Below, one piece after another: positions 1 through 11,263 of a stretch of 64,000 nucleotides of DNA. The DNA is from an uncultured bacterium (GTDB lineage: Bacteria; Babelota; Babeliae; Babelales; Babelaceae), in NCBI GenBank assembly GCA_963848965.1, contig CAWKFG010000004.1, forward strand, positions 640,001 to 704,000. Reading direction: 5' to 3'. Positions within the stretch are counted from its first letter, which is position 1; each line of letters begins with the position of its first letter. A program made the translations under genes and the position numbers. The notes beneath the pieces are model-generated. The model was not told the origin of the DNA, ran no database searches, and worked only from the letters and a program-made list of their open reading frames with translations.

Positions 1-340
1 GGACTTGCCCCATTTGCACTCGAATATACTGAAGGCTTGCATCTGTAAGCTTTAAAAGTGCTATATCTAAGCTTGGATAAATATCCACCACAGTAACATC
101 AAGAGGGTAACCATCGATATACGCTATATTAACAGAGAGTCGAGCATCTGGTGGTAATGGAGCACCCTGTAGCAGCTGATGGCAGCTTGTAAGAATGTGT
201 CCTTCTTGATTAATAATAAAGCCAGTCCATCGTTGTTTTCTATCTTTTATGGAAGCTGTTATCTCTACTACAGCATTATGAGAAAATAAAGAAGTAGCAC
301 ATCCAAGAGCTATAAAAAGACTTAGTATATATATTTTCAT
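1..340 (-). CDS. Trypsin-like (S1/HtrA-type) serine protease, N-terminal part only; gene runs off the window edge
   Basis: Hand translation from ATG at 340: MKIYILSLFIALGCATSLFSHNAVVEITASIKDRKQRWTGFIINQEGHILTSCHQLL...DVTVVDIYPSLDIALLKL. This gives a signal peptide, a GFII..GHILT..H catalytic-His motif and a DIALLK catalytic-Asp motif. AAGGA RBS upstream. Not in the supplied ORF track. Confidence 0.75.
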   Translation of the reverse strand, partial: MKIYILSLFIALGCATSLFSHNAVVEITASIKDRKQRWTGFIINQEGHILTSCHQLLQGAPLPPDARLSVNIAYIDGYPLDVTVVDIYPSLDIALLKLTDASLQYIRVQMGQV

Positions 341-506
341 AGAATCCTTTATTATTAAGCATCTTTATTACTTTGTTCATTATTTCATTATAGTAATAAA
401 TAGAATATGGGCAAGTACCTCATGCCTTAGGGTAGCACATAAGATAAATCTCATTGGTACTTTTGACCACTAGGATGTTGGATCTTCCTGCAACGCTTTG
501 GCTTCC

Positions 507-3230
507 TTATTTAGAGAGAAAAGATGCGAATACTTTATAGGCTTTCGTCATTTCTTCGCGAAGCTCTAAACTTATAGGTTGACTCATAAGGAACTTAAAA
601 ATAGAACGCTTCGCATCATAGAGCGCTCTATGTAACGGAGTCAAACCACAAGCATCTTGTTCTTCTAGTGAAGCACCACATTTGACAAGATACTTTACTA
701 TCTTCTTTTTACCTGTACCTACTGCTTCATGTAAAGGGGTACTCCCCTTACTATTTTTATAATTTACATCTGCGCCAAGCATAATTATACGCTGTACTAA
801 GGATATGTCTACGATACTACATATTAAAAGCGTGTCTCCATAGCAGTCTTCACTATTAATAAACTGAAAAAACAAAGACCCAAAAAAGCTTGTAAGTGAA
901 TCTGTATCTTTCATAAGTAACTTTAATCTTGCAGAAACAGGCAAATAAAAAATAAGGAGATTAAATAGACTCTGATGGTCCTCCTGTGTTTGCTTGCTCA
1001 GCATTTCTACTGCTTTAATGAGTTTGTCTGTCTCTAAAGTAAGACAATATATTTTTTCACCAAGTCCTGTTACTCTTTCTTCAACGTTACCTTGTGCTTT
1101 TTCAATCAACAAATATGCTAAACGTTCATGTACTTTTGGTATAGCTAACCTTAAACTGCCTTTTTGTCTTTTATATTGTACTACTTCAGAACTTTTTTCA
1201 TTAAAGATCTTAAGTAAATCCTCATCGTTCTGTGCAAGCTCAAGGGCGGTATAACCTCTGTTATTGCATATATTTGCTGTAGCACCAGCTTCGAGCAGAA
1301 GTCTTATTATATTTTTATTTTTTAAATAAACTGCATAATGTAGAGGTGTATCACTACTCAGTTTATTAACACTATTTACAGAAGCATTGTATTGCAACAA
1401 AAGCCTTACCATATCTTCATTATCACGAACAATCGCTTCTCCGATAGGATAATCAGATTTTCCAGAGAACCCATCAGCAGAAGCCCCTTTTTCTAAAAGG
1501 AGCTTTACTATCGGTATACTACCCTTTGAAACAGCCATACCAAAAAATGGAAAAGAGCTTTCTTTCATTATAGCTATCCCTTTCATCTCACTTAATAAAA
1601 ATTGGAGCAAAGACACGTCATTCTTGACAATCGTTTGCTGAAGCATCTGTTCAACTAATTGTTTACACTCTGCCAGATCTGCTCCATACTCTATAAGTAA
1701 CTGTATAATAGTTTTATTGCCTGCGCGTAACGCATAAGAAAGAGGTGAATATCCTTCTCTGCTTTGTACATTAACCTGTGCACCAGAAGCCAAGAAAAGC
1801 TTTACTAAAAACTCATTACCACTAATAACTGCATGACATAAAGGATTTTCTTCATTTTCACTTAATCCTTGAGTAAGTGCCCCTTTTTCAAGCAATAATT
1901 GGCTAAGCTTGTTATTTTCGTAAGCAATTGCAGAAAGAAGAGGAGAATAACCATCTTCATCAAGTACATTTGGGGTTGCTCCGCTCTCAAGTAACAAATG
2001 TGCTATCTCCTCTTGATTAAATTCTATTGCTCTATGAAGTACACTACGGCCACCGACAGTGCGAGCTTCTATATCTTCTCCATGTCGTATAAGCCATTGA
2101 ATAGCTTCTTTATTGCCAAACTGAGCAGCTATATGAAGAGCTGTGATATTACCCAGTTTTTGAGCATTCTCATCATCACTTACAAGAAAATTTTTAAATG
2201 TAGGATCAAAGAGCGTATAAAAATAAGAATCATGAGCAGCAATAGCTAAGTAAAACTTTATGATTGGTAAAAACTTATCATACCATCTACACGTTTTAAG
2301 AAATGTAATAAAAACAGTAATTTGCGCAAGATTCAGAGAACTGGACGAAAGAATTTTTACTGCAATTTTTTGTGCCACAGAAAATTCTTTAATATGCTCA
2401 GTAAAAAAATTAAATTCCAGATTTGAGTTTTTAAAAAAACTATCATGCTCAAGAGCCACCTCTAATACAGTTGCTCCCTTGTTATTGATATTTGTTACAC
2501 GTGTTTCTTGAGCAATAAGAACTTTCATTACCTCCCAGGAGCCAGCAAGCGCTGCATAATGCAAAGGAGATGATCCTTGAGCATCAGAAGTCATGGTAGT
2601 TCTCTTAAATGACAAAAGAAATTGCGTTAACTCTTTATTGTTAAGGTAAGCCGCTATATGTAAAAGCGTTATATCTTCGTTTGAATATCCTATTTCATTA
2701 GTTACCCTTCTAAACGCACCCCTTAGCTCAACTGAATCAACATGCTCAAAGAATACTTTACTTTTTATTCGTGTAGTGGGCCCTTTTATATCTTGATAAG
2801 ACAACACCTGATTACACATAAGAGAAATAAATTTCAGATGTTTTAGAGAAACGCTTGTTTCTTTTTCAGTTGTAAGTAAGCAATTTCGAAGAACCTGACT
2901 TTTATCATGAGCAGATAGCTTACTAAAAATAATATACAAAGCAATCATCACAAAAACATCATCTTTTATTTCGATAGGTAATCTTTCTAAATGTTCGAAA
3001 CTTTTGTCAAATTCTACAGAGGGTATACCAGAAACTTTTAATGCGTTTTCTTTCAAAAAAGGTGTGGTATATGTCTGTGCAAGAGCATGTATAAGATACG
3101 TTCTTAAAGAAGTCCTGTTGTGTTCAAAGTGAATAAGTTCTTCAGGAGATTCATTTTGTAAAGGAACTGATACTTCCATAGCCCAGAGAGAACTTCCTAA
3201 AAATATAAAAAATACTTTTATGTTTAACAT
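507..3230 (-). CDS. Secreted ankyrin-repeat protein (907 aa)
   Basis: Many ANK motifs (TLLHIAA, SPLHYAA, TALHIAA, TPLHYAV, TPLHEAV); N-terminal signal peptide ending SLWA-ME. Confidence 0.92.
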   Translation of the reverse strand: MLNIKVFFIFLGSSLWAMEVSVPLQNESPEELIHFEHNRTSLRTYLIHALAQTYTTPFLKENALKVSGIPSVEFDKSFEHLERLPIEIKDDVFVMIALYIIFSKLSAHDKSQVLRNCLLTTEKETSVSLKHLKFISLMCNQVLSYQDIKGPTTRIKSKVFFEHVDSVELRGAFRRVTNEIGYSNEDITLLHIAAYLNNKELTQFLLSFKRTTMTSDAQGSSPLHYAALAGSWEVMKVLIAQETRVTNINNKGATVLEVALEHDSFFKNSNLEFNFFTEHIKEFSVAQKIAVKILSSSSLNLAQITVFITFLKTCRWYDKFLPIIKFYLAIAAHDSYFYTLFDPTFKNFLVSDDENAQKLGNITALHIAAQFGNKEAIQWLIRHGEDIEARTVGGRSVLHRAIEFNQEEIAHLLLESGATPNVLDEDGYSPLLSAIAYENNKLSQLLLEKGALTQGLSENEENPLCHAVISGNEFLVKLFLASGAQVNVQSREGYSPLSYALRAGNKTIIQLLIEYGADLAECKQLVEQMLQQTIVKNDVSLLQFLLSEMKGIAIMKESSFPFFGMAVSKGSIPIVKLLLEKGASADGFSGKSDYPIGEAIVRDNEDMVRLLLQYNASVNSVNKLSSDTPLHYAVYLKNKNIIRLLLEAGATANICNNRGYTALELAQNDEDLLKIFNEKSSEVVQYKRQKGSLRLAIPKVHERLAYLLIEKAQGNVEERVTGLGEKIYCLTLETDKLIKAVEMLSKQTQEDHQSLFNLLIFYLPVSARLKLLMKDTDSLTSFFGSLFFQFINSEDCYGDTLLICSIVDISLVQRIIMLGADVNYKNSKGSTPLHEAVGTGKKKIVKYLVKCGASLEEQDACGLTPLHRALYDAKRSIFKFLMSQPISLELREEMTKAYKVFASFLSK

Positions 3231-5308
3231 TGTGCCCTTTCAAGCACCTGTTGTGCTTCTGTCAAAAAGACGTCAGAGAAGCCTTCTTCTTGTAAGATTT
3301 TAAAGGTAATAATTTGATTGGATATCCCTTTTTCTAGCTTATACGGATAGTGGATCTTTTGCCCTTGTACGTCATCGACAGCTACTCTGTAATTAGCAAA
3401 GGTATCAGTCTCTTGTTCAAGCTTTGTAATAAGAGGAAAGTGAGTAGCAGTCACACAGATATTTTGTGGGCTTGTCCCTAACATTTTAAGCAACGTATAA
3501 GCAGCTGCTTGACCTTCTTGGTATGTTGTTCCATTAAACACCTCATCAACTGCTGTAAAAGCAAATTCATTTTCATTTAGTTTTTCAACTCGAGTGAATA
3601 ATTCTCGCGCCCGTAATACTCCTGCTTTAAAAAGAGAAAGATTCGCAGTAATATCATCGGTAATATTAAGATACGTAGTGATAGCAGTGAAAGGAGTAAA
3701 AGCAAGCTTTTGTGCTGGAGCAATACCAATACTTTGAGCCAGAATAATACTCATAATAATACCCTTGAGTACCGTAGATTTGCCTCCTGCATTTGGCCCT
3801 GTAATCACAGCATTATGCCGCTGCCCGTGCACTCCAAGTGCCAACGAACTTGGAATAACTTTTGTTGGTTCAATAAGAGGATTCCAAAAATTCTCTATCT
3901 CAAGCGAAGGATACGATACCTCTGTACGGTATTCGGGAAAGCAATAACATACTCGCTGGCGTTCAAATTCTTTGTAAAGTCGTGCTATAGACATATACAT
4001 ATCAAGTTCACCTACAGCAACAAGCAGGTCAATGAGCCCATCTTTATACTTATGTAAAAGTTTATAGGTAACTAATATTTTGCCAACGAATGAGAAAAAT
4101 GATGGTTCTCCCTTAAATGTGCTACTATCTAAAAGCTTTAATAACCGCTCTATTTCAGGAGCTAAAGGGTGCCCAGATAGAGCAGTTATATGTGGCAAAA
4201 GATTTTTGAGCGTTTGGTGAGAGTTGATAAGAGAAAATATCTTTTTTAACGTAGAAAAATAGGTAGCAACATATATTAACTTTTTTTGTAAGCACCTATT
4301 GAAAACAACATCAATATGAAGGCTCTGTTTAACCTTTGCAGCAACGAGACCTCCTGAAAGTCCTGCTGTAATATTTTCTCCTGCTTGAGTATATTTGTTA
4401 TCGTACAAAGAATTGATAATAAAATAAATAAACCCTGAGATACTTACCATACTTAAAGCACCTTTGATACCCAGCCAACTATTAACGTTTTTTACTACAA
4501 ATTTTTTCTCTTTTAACCAGGGATACTTACTTTCTAAAATAAGAGAGAGACCATACAGCGGTAATGTTACCGATCCTATAGTCATTAATATTCCTCGCGC
4601 TGCAGTTATAATAAAATCAAGTCTTTCTCGAGCATCACTAAAGAATTCATTAGTATCTAAAGCTGTCGCAAGATCTCTTAGAAATTTTATTCTTTCTTGA
4701 AATGGCATAGTAAAAAGATCTCGATCCAGACTGTGTTTAAATTTATCTTTTTCATCCCAAAAAGAAAAAAGAGCGTTTTCTGGTAGCGGTAACTCTTTTA
4801 AAAGCACATCAAGCTGCTCGAAAAGCACATCGTTTGCTACAAATTCTTTTACTACTTCTTGCTGCTTTAAGAGCTTTTCAGTAGTACTACATGGTTGAAT
4901 AATTTTTCGAAACAAGGTCAAGCGCCCTATCTCAGTTGAAGTTCTATCTACTTTTGCAGCTAAATAAAGCTGAGGATGAGAATGAGGGCCACAGAGCATT
5001 TCTAAGTCAAGCCAGGAACGCTCATCAAGAACAGACTCTATTGTAAGATTATGTTTTCTTTCATAATGCGATAACAAAGTAAATGCAAGGCGACGTTTTA
5101 CTTCACTCTTTGGATGTATATGCTCCTGTACCATATGCAGTAGCGTCTCATAAAATGCACTACTTTCTTCCTGTACCTTCTCTTCCTCTACAGTAATAAG
5201 CGATCTAAGATTTTCCTGCGCTATCTTGCTATAGAGAGTTTCTCCGCCATCATAGCCAAAAAGCGGGGTACATGCTACAAAACAAATGCTATATAGTAAG
5301 GTGTTCAT
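3224..5308 (-). CDS. MutS-related ATPase (domain V), with signal peptide and internal hydrophobic segments
   Basis: ITGPNAGGKST Walker A, YLNITDDI..SLF, AVDEVFNGT Walker B, VTATHF, YKLEKG; no recognisable mismatch-binding domain I. Confidence 0.88.
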   Translation of the reverse strand: MNTLLYSICFVACTPLFGYDGGETLYSKIAQENLRSLITVEEEKVQEESSAFYETLLHMVQEHIHPKSEVKRRLAFTLLSHYERKHNLTIESVLDERSWLDLEMLCGPHSHPQLYLAAKVDRTSTEIGRLTLFRKIIQPCSTTEKLLKQQEVVKEFVANDVLFEQLDVLLKELPLPENALFSFWDEKDKFKHSLDRDLFTMPFQERIKFLRDLATALDTNEFFSDARERLDFIITAARGILMTIGSVTLPLYGLSLILESKYPWLKEKKFVVKNVNSWLGIKGALSMVSISGFIYFIINSLYDNKYTQAGENITAGLSGGLVAAKVKQSLHIDVVFNRCLQKKLIYVATYFSTLKKIFSLINSHQTLKNLLPHITALSGHPLAPEIERLLKLLDSSTFKGEPSFFSFVGKILVTYKLLHKYKDGLIDLLVAVGELDMYMSIARLYKEFERQRVCYCFPEYRTEVSYPSLEIENFWNPLIEPTKVIPSSLALGVHGQRHNAVITGPNAGGKSTVLKGIIMSIILAQSIGIAPAQKLAFTPFTAITTYLNITDDITANLSLFKAGVLRARELFTRVEKLNENEFAFTAVDEVFNGTTYQEGQAAAYTLLKMLGTSPQNICVTATHFPLITKLEQETDTFANYRVAVDDVQGQKIHYPYKLEKGISNQIITFKILQEEGFSDVFLTEAQQVLERAQC

Positions 5309-5350
5309 TACTCTCTCCTCATGCTTCTTGTGTACTACATGCCTATGTTA

Positions 5351-6628
5351 TCAAAAACTCACCGTGAATGTAACACCAAGCGTATTAGCAAGGAGTGCTC
5401 GCTTACCATTAAAGCCCCACTTAAACCAGCCAAGAATTGAAGGAATAAGAGGACTTTTTGGTATATCACGAGCAAAATCATAACTAAGCCCTACAATAAA
5501 GCTATGTGCTGTCCAATCTTGAAGACTTTCAGCACCGTTAGCAATAAACGAGTCAACGCGATCATTACAGATAAAAAGTCTGTCTTCATTACGCTTGAGA
5601 TACTGATAATTAAGTTTTAACCGAGCTCCTCTGAAAAAATTACATGTTTCAAGAAAGATATTATATTGCTGACTAAAACCAAATTCTTTAAATGCTGTAG
5701 CTTTTGTTAAAAATAAAAGGTCTGTTTGATGACAATCAACTCGAATACGCCTATTTCTTGTATTACCAAAAAGGTACAAGAATTCTACATCAATACCGCC
5801 ACGCAAATAATGACAGAATGTTAAGTTTAGCCCTCCTGCAAACTGTAAGCCCCATGAACCATCATTTCCAAAAGGTAATGCTAAAATTTTATCTTCATCT
5901 GCTTTCTCACCAGTAGGAGCGCTTACTCCAAAGCGCAACTGAGTTTGAACATTAGTAAGCAAAGGCCGCGCTTGAGGAAAATCTTTTGTCCATGAAATTT
6001 GAGCAAGAAAATCTCCTATCCCTGTTCGTCTCCAACCTCGAACGCTTAATCCAGAAAGATCACAAACAAGCTGCGTAAAATCATCCTCTAGTCTATTTTC
6101 AAACACTTTATTATTCGACTTTTCTTTCCATCGTACATTAGTAAGCTCCATGGTATAAACAGGAAGAAAAAGACCACAAGTAATACCATGAGGAAAGTTA
6201 TAACGAGCAGCAAACATAAGATTGAGCGGTACCTTAAAGCAGCCTTTTGGAATAAAGAGACCTTGCGTACCATTTTCATCATGAATGTTAAAAAGTTGTG
6301 CTAACTGTCCTTGCCTTGATTGAATATCACATCCCTTGAATGCTGCAAGCACGTTCTGCTTATTTTGATAAATCTGAAGAACATTCACTTCTTTATCTTT
6401 GTCAGTTGAACATGTTCCTAATTGATCACATTCTTCATGGTCATCTTGAAAACCACGAATACTAAGAGCTCCTTCATATCCTACAGTAAATTGAAATGGA
6501 TGGCATGGATCTCTATCTGGAATTAAAAAAGGGTCTGAAGGTCTAAACAAGTTAATCGGTGGCAATGCGCTGCTTGCTATACTATAAAGTATGCTCAGCA
6601 GTATACTATATCGAACTAAACGTATCAT
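5351..6628 (-). CDS. Exported hypothetical protein, probable outer-membrane beta-barrel
   Basis: Signal peptide, amphipathic beta-strand pattern, GIGD..Q..W and FGVSAPTG motifs, C-terminal strand LGVTFTVSF ending in Phe. Confidence 0.6.
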   Translation of the reverse strand: MIRLVRYSILLSILYSIASSALPPINLFRPSDPFLIPDRDPCHPFQFTVGYEGALSIRGFQDDHEECDQLGTCSTDKDKEVNVLQIYQNKQNVLAAFKGCDIQSRQGQLAQLFNIHDENGTQGLFIPKGCFKVPLNLMFAARYNFPHGITCGLFLPVYTMELTNVRWKEKSNNKVFENRLEDDFTQLVCDLSGLSVRGWRRTGIGDFLAQISWTKDFPQARPLLTNVQTQLRFGVSAPTGEKADEDKILALPFGNDGSWGLQFAGGLNLTFCHYLRGGIDVEFLYLFGNTRNRRIRVDCHQTDLLFLTKATAFKEFGFSQQYNIFLETCNFFRGARLKLNYQYLKRNEDRLFICNDRVDSFIANGAESLQDWTAHSFIVGLSYDFARDIPKSPLIPSILGWFKWGFNGKRALLANTLGVTFTVSF

Positions 6629-6631
6629 GCT

Positions 6632-9562
6632 TTATCCTTGTATTCTTATACCAAAGTCACCTGACAGTAGCCAGCATCCGGTACCAGAGCAGTGTACCAG
6701 TTGACCTATAGAACGCGACTGATCTTCTTTTTCTAAAAATCTTATTCTTAATCCTCTTGCTGTACCGAGTATATGGCCACTACGTAAACGAGGCGCTAAT
6801 AATTCAAAAATAGGTTGTGTTTGACCATATGCACTGCGAGATACTGCAGTAAGTGCACCGTCAGTAACGATATAATTACGATAATCACTAAAATCAGCAA
6901 AAAATGTTTTTATATCCTTTATAAAGAAATCAGGATAAAGACAAACTGATGAATCTGTTACTTCTTCAGCATTAACATGTAAAGCTAAGCGGTATACTTG
7001 TGCTTGTGAAGTTCCTACATGAGCATTAAGAGCCCATACAGTTCCTCCTTGTGCAACAGTTTTTTCTGTATTATAAGGACTTATAGCAAATAACCTGCTT
7101 ATAGGACCTTCTTGGACGTTTGATCCAGCAGATTCTGGTAAAGGTACTAAGGTCCACCCAATATCAGTCTTGTCTTTTCTTATATCAACACCATTTCCCG
7201 AACGAAATAATCCATTACTTGTTGCAAGCAATGCCAATGGTCCAGAAATAATCATATCAGAAAACGAAGTTACTCCGCTCATTAGCTCTTTTGCAGCATG
7301 AGCAAGTACTACTCGTTCTAAAGTACTATTCTTTATCCCCTCTTGAGTAAGCATTACACGTTCAAGCGTTGTAGAGGTCAATACATATAAATAGTTACCT
7401 TGACTTACAAGCTTACGTACATTTTTATAAGTGCAGCACTTTTTAAATGCCATAAAAGGAGTAAGTCCTTCAAAGCCGTTCTTAAGAGTATCCCATCCAG
7501 AACCATCTATAGAAGCCTGTACCGCAATTCCTTCTGAACCCCCTACTACAAACCAACCTTGTGTTCCATCAAAGACAGTATTAACACAGGTTATGGGCCC
7601 AAGCTCTTGTAAAGCACCTCCTGAAAGTACCAATGTTTGTGCACCTGGCCTAAATAACGCTAAAGTGCCATCAATTGAACGATAGACATTCTTTTTATTA
7701 AACTCACAGGGCCCAAAACTCATATCTTTATCGCAACCTGTTTGCATAAGTACTACTTTTTGAAAGCCGGTGTATGCTGTCAGTGCAATACGCAATCCTT
7801 TAAAATTTGTAAATCCGTCACTTGTGTAAGGAAAATCAAAGATGCCCTGAACACCTCCTGCACTGCGCTTAAATTCTTTTGCAATAAACTTTTCAAGGGG
7901 CTGCACTATCTGGCCAGTACTCCACACTGTTCTTTCTACAGTACGCCCACCATGCACTATATAGGTAAAAACTCCTATATAAGGATCATAAGCAAATCCT
8001 TGTATTTTTTGTGCAGTATGAGCAGCACGTCGCCATGTAGTCCAGCCGCTAATCTTGCCTGTTTCATCAAATAAAGCCTGTGAATGAAAAATACCTGCCT
8101 GCATGTCCCCATCTTCAGCAACTGAGACGAAAATTGCATCATCAGAAACAGCGATATCTGTGATATCTCCTGGAAGTTCACTAAAAGCACCTACACGAGC
8201 TTCTGGTGAATGTGTAGTATAAAGGTCATCCGGCTGCTGTGCAAAATCTATAAATGCACGAGCTTCAAATACCTGTGGCTCTTGAGAGCTAAAGATAGTA
8301 ACCGGTTGCTTATTTTTAGAAGCTACTGTTCCATGGAACGCCGATTTAATATTATCTACTAAAGGAAGAGCAAAAACTTCACGTTTTGATGCCGTTCCCC
8401 CTACCACTATAAGATATCTTAAATGTGTTCTTGTTTGCATAGTACGTACTTTATGAATAGCACTACGGCTGTAAGCACCACGAGTACCTATAATTTTATC
8501 GAGTCCTTCTAAAGCACTATCAGGAACAATAGGAGTAAACACTAGTTTACCTTGTACAACTTGTCCTACTACAAGAGAACGTGCCCCATCATGAGCATGA
8601 GCTCCTGCTTGTACATCAAGACCAATATAAAGTCTTCCTAGACTTCTATCGTAAAACATATCTACAGCTGAACCAATTGCAGACACATCATGTTCAATTT
8701 TAACAGCGCTCGTTGTTTTATCTAGCGGAGCAGCTCTATTTCCTTGAAATGAGAACGTTCTTTCAATTTCAGGCTTCTTTGTGCCCCCTTGTGGCCCTGG
8801 TCTGCGATGATGCTGTTTTTTCTTAGGTTCTTCCTGCTGTTCTAGCTGATTTGGTGCTTTAACGATATATTCAGAAGTTCCCTTTTGAGCATCAAAAATA
8901 TCCCAAAAAAAGCGATTTTTTTTGTCTTTTATTTCCGATTTAAAGAATGCAAGAGCAATACCAGAACCATTACCATCGAAACCTCCCTGCTTATTTGCAA
9001 GAGCAACGAAAGCAGCCATCTCTTGTTGAGCTCCTCCCTCCATAGGCTCTACAGGCGCAGGCGCACTTGTAGTAACAGCAAGTACACGACCATTGGTATT
9101 TCTACGAGCATCTGCAAGAGGAAGAGAAGCTGTTACAACCACACGATTTACTTGAGGATTACTTTCATACATAAAATGATCAACACAATAAAGTGATGAG
9201 TCACCCTTTTTTACAACGATAGGCCGCATACCTAACATCGCTATATGAGCAATCGCAGCGCCATAGAGAGGATTATGCTGTCTCTTCTTATTATTAAGCA
9301 CTACATACCGCGGAGTAATACCAGTAAGCAATGGTATAGTTTTTCCTCTCTCTGTTACGGTAATTGCATAGGCATTATCTTTTATAGCCTCTTGAGCTCC
9401 AAAATAGCTGCGCCCATCAGGAATATAAAATGCATGCGATCCATTAGCATAAGAGAAGGTTTCTTCTGTATGTGTAGGATCAGTAAACAATTTTTCTGTT
9501 GCATAACTTATGGTACCTAATGAGTATATAAAAATAAAGGAAATAAGATGAATATATATCAT
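6632..9562 (-). CDS. Large exported hypothetical protein, beta-rich (possible beta-propeller)
   Basis: 976-aa ORF with signal peptide; short beta-strand blade-like motifs (ITDIAVSDDAIFVS, ALLATSNGLFRS, WFVVGGSEGIAV). Confidence 0.55.
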   Translation of the reverse strand: MIYIHLISFIFIYSLGTISYATEKLFTDPTHTEETFSYANGSHAFYIPDGRSYFGAQEAIKDNAYAITVTERGKTIPLLTGITPRYVVLNNKKRQHNPLYGAAIAHIAMLGMRPIVVKKGDSSLYCVDHFMYESNPQVNRVVVTASLPLADARRNTNGRVLAVTTSAPAPVEPMEGGAQQEMAAFVALANKQGGFDGNGSGIALAFFKSEIKDKKNRFFWDIFDAQKGTSEYIVKAPNQLEQQEEPKKKQHHRRPGPQGGTKKPEIERTFSFQGNRAAPLDKTTSAVKIEHDVSAIGSAVDMFYDRSLGRLYIGLDVQAGAHAHDGARSLVVGQVVQGKLVFTPIVPDSALEGLDKIIGTRGAYSRSAIHKVRTMQTRTHLRYLIVVGGTASKREVFALPLVDNIKSAFHGTVASKNKQPVTIFSSQEPQVFEARAFIDFAQQPDDLYTTHSPEARVGAFSELPGDITDIAVSDDAIFVSVAEDGDMQAGIFHSQALFDETGKISGWTTWRRAAHTAQKIQGFAYDPYIGVFTYIVHGGRTVERTVWSTGQIVQPLEKFIAKEFKRSAGGVQGIFDFPYTSDGFTNFKGLRIALTAYTGFQKVVLMQTGCDKDMSFGPCEFNKKNVYRSIDGTLALFRPGAQTLVLSGGALQELGPITCVNTVFDGTQGWFVVGGSEGIAVQASIDGSGWDTLKNGFEGLTPFMAFKKCCTYKNVRKLVSQGNYLYVLTSTTLERVMLTQEGIKNSTLERVVLAHAAKELMSGVTSFSDMIISGPLALLATSNGLFRSGNGVDIRKDKTDIGWTLVPLPESAGSNVQEGPISRLFAISPYNTEKTVAQGGTVWALNAHVGTSQAQVYRLALHVNAEEVTDSSVCLYPDFFIKDIKTFFADFSDYRNYIVTDGALTAVSRSAYGQTQPIFELLAPRLRSGHILGTARGLRIRFLEKEDQSRSIGQLVHCSGTGCWLLSGDFGIRIQG

Positions 9563-9730
9563 GAGCTGGCCCCTAGCGTAACCCGTAATTTTGTACGCTC
9601 AAAGTCTACACCAAAAAGAGAACTTTCACCAGGTCGAAAAGCATAAAAGAGCACCAGTTTTTTAAATATTAAAAATATGGTAATATTTAATTAAATAGAA
9701 AACGCTCTTTTTGCAAAAAGAGATTTTTAT

Positions 9731-11263
9731 ATGCATACTAAAATTTTTTCCGCTACTACTATTGGAGTACATACACATACCGTTGAGGTAGAAGTTGACC
9801 TTACGTATGGATTACTCCAATTTTTTATTGTAGGTCTTCCAGATACTGCTATTAAAGAAAGCAGGCAACGAGTACAAACAGCTTTAAAGAATTGCGACCT
9901 TAAACTCCCTGAACGTAAAATTACTGTCAATCTAGCACCTGCAGATCTTAAAAAAGAAGGTACTACCTTCGATCTTGCAATCGCGCTTGGTATTCTTCAT
10001 GCTGCTGGCACGGTTGCTATTGATCTGCTGTTTCTACAAGAAACGTTTTTTTTAGGTGAACTTTCACTCGATGGTACCATAAAACCAATTAAAGGAGCAT
10101 TACCTATTGCGTATGATGCACCTGCACTTGGCAAAAAGCGTGTTATACTCCCTCTACAAAATGCGCAAGAAGCAGCGTTACCAGGACATATAGAGGTTAT
10201 TGGAGTTCAAACATTACAGGAACTTCTTGGGTATTTACGCAAAGAGATTGTTCTTACTCCTACTCAAGCTGCTTGTCCTTCACAATTGACAAGAGAGATA
10301 AACAAAGATTTTCAGCAAGTAAAAGGACAAACCGTTGCAAAACGTGCATTACAAATTGCAGCTGCAGGACGCCATAATATTCTTTTTATAGGATCTCCAG
10401 GTTCTGGTAAAACAATGCTTGCAGAGCGTCTTTCTAGTATTATGCCACCGATGACGTTTGATGAAATTCTGCAAACAAGCAAAGTATATTCAATAAGCGG
10501 CAAACTTGATAAAAAACCACTTGTTACAGAACGGCCCTTTAGAAATCCACATCATACTATTTCACAAGCAGGATTAGTAGGAGGAGGTACCTACCCACAG
10601 CCAGGAGAAATCAGCTTAGCACACAATGGTATCCTCTTTTTAGACGAGCTTACAGAATTTAAGCGAGAAGTACTCGAAGTATTACGACAACCACTAGAAG
10701 AACAGACCGTATGTATTGCCAGAGCTCAACAAACAATACGCTTTCCTGCATCATTTATGCTTGTAGCAGCATTAAATCCTTGTCCCTGTGGATTTTTAGG
10801 AGACAAACGCAAACAATGTATATGTACTCAACAACAAGTTAAGCGATATGTCGCAAAAATTTCAGGACCTCTGCTTGATCGTATAGATCTTCAGGTACCT
10901 GTACCTTCAATTGATTATGATACAATTGTAGATACTACAGTACCACACACAAGTTCGCAAGAGCTGTATACCGCTGTCGAACAAGCAGTTGAGATACAAA
11001 GAACAAGAAACGAAGGCCTATGGAATGTACATTTACCTGCACAGATGATTGAAGTCCACTGCGCTCTATCACCATCGTGTAAAAGCTTAGTAAAAAAAGC
11101 ATTTGATAAATTGCATTTGACTATGCGCGGCTATCATAAGCTATTACGTATAACGCGCACTATTGCAGATCTAGAAAAAAGTGAAACCATTCAAGAACAT
11201 CACTTAAAAGAAGCCCTTTCTTATCGGTCTTTAGATCACTCATTAGAAAGAGAGACGCTATGA
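9731..11263 (+). CDS. comM: YifB/ComM family Mg-chelatase-like AAA+ ATPase
   Basis: IVGLPD..IKESR.RV, NLAPADLKKEG..FDL, GSPGSGKTMLA, RPFRNPHH, GEISLAHNGILFLDE, NPCPCG, SGPLLDRID. Confidence 0.95.
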   Translation: MHTKIFSATTIGVHTHTVEVEVDLTYGLLQFFIVGLPDTAIKESRQRVQTALKNCDLKLPERKITVNLAPADLKKEGTTFDLAIALGILHAAGTVAIDLLFLQETFFLGELSLDGTIKPIKGALPIAYDAPALGKKRVILPLQNAQEAALPGHIEVIGVQTLQELLGYLRKEIVLTPTQAACPSQLTREINKDFQQVKGQTVAKRALQIAAAGRHNILFIGSPGSGKTMLAERLSSIMPPMTFDEILQTSKVYSISGKLDKKPLVTERPFRNPHHTISQAGLVGGGTYPQPGEISLAHNGILFLDELTEFKREVLEVLRQPLEEQTVCIARAQQTIRFPASFMLVAALNPCPCGFLGDKRKQCICTQQQVKRYVAKISGPLLDRIDLQVPVPSIDYDTIVDTTVPHTSSQELYTAVEQAVEIQRTRNEGLWNVHLPAQMIEVHCALSPSCKSLVKKAFDKLHLTMRGYHKLLRITRTIADLEKSETIQEHHLKEALSYRSLDHSLERETL

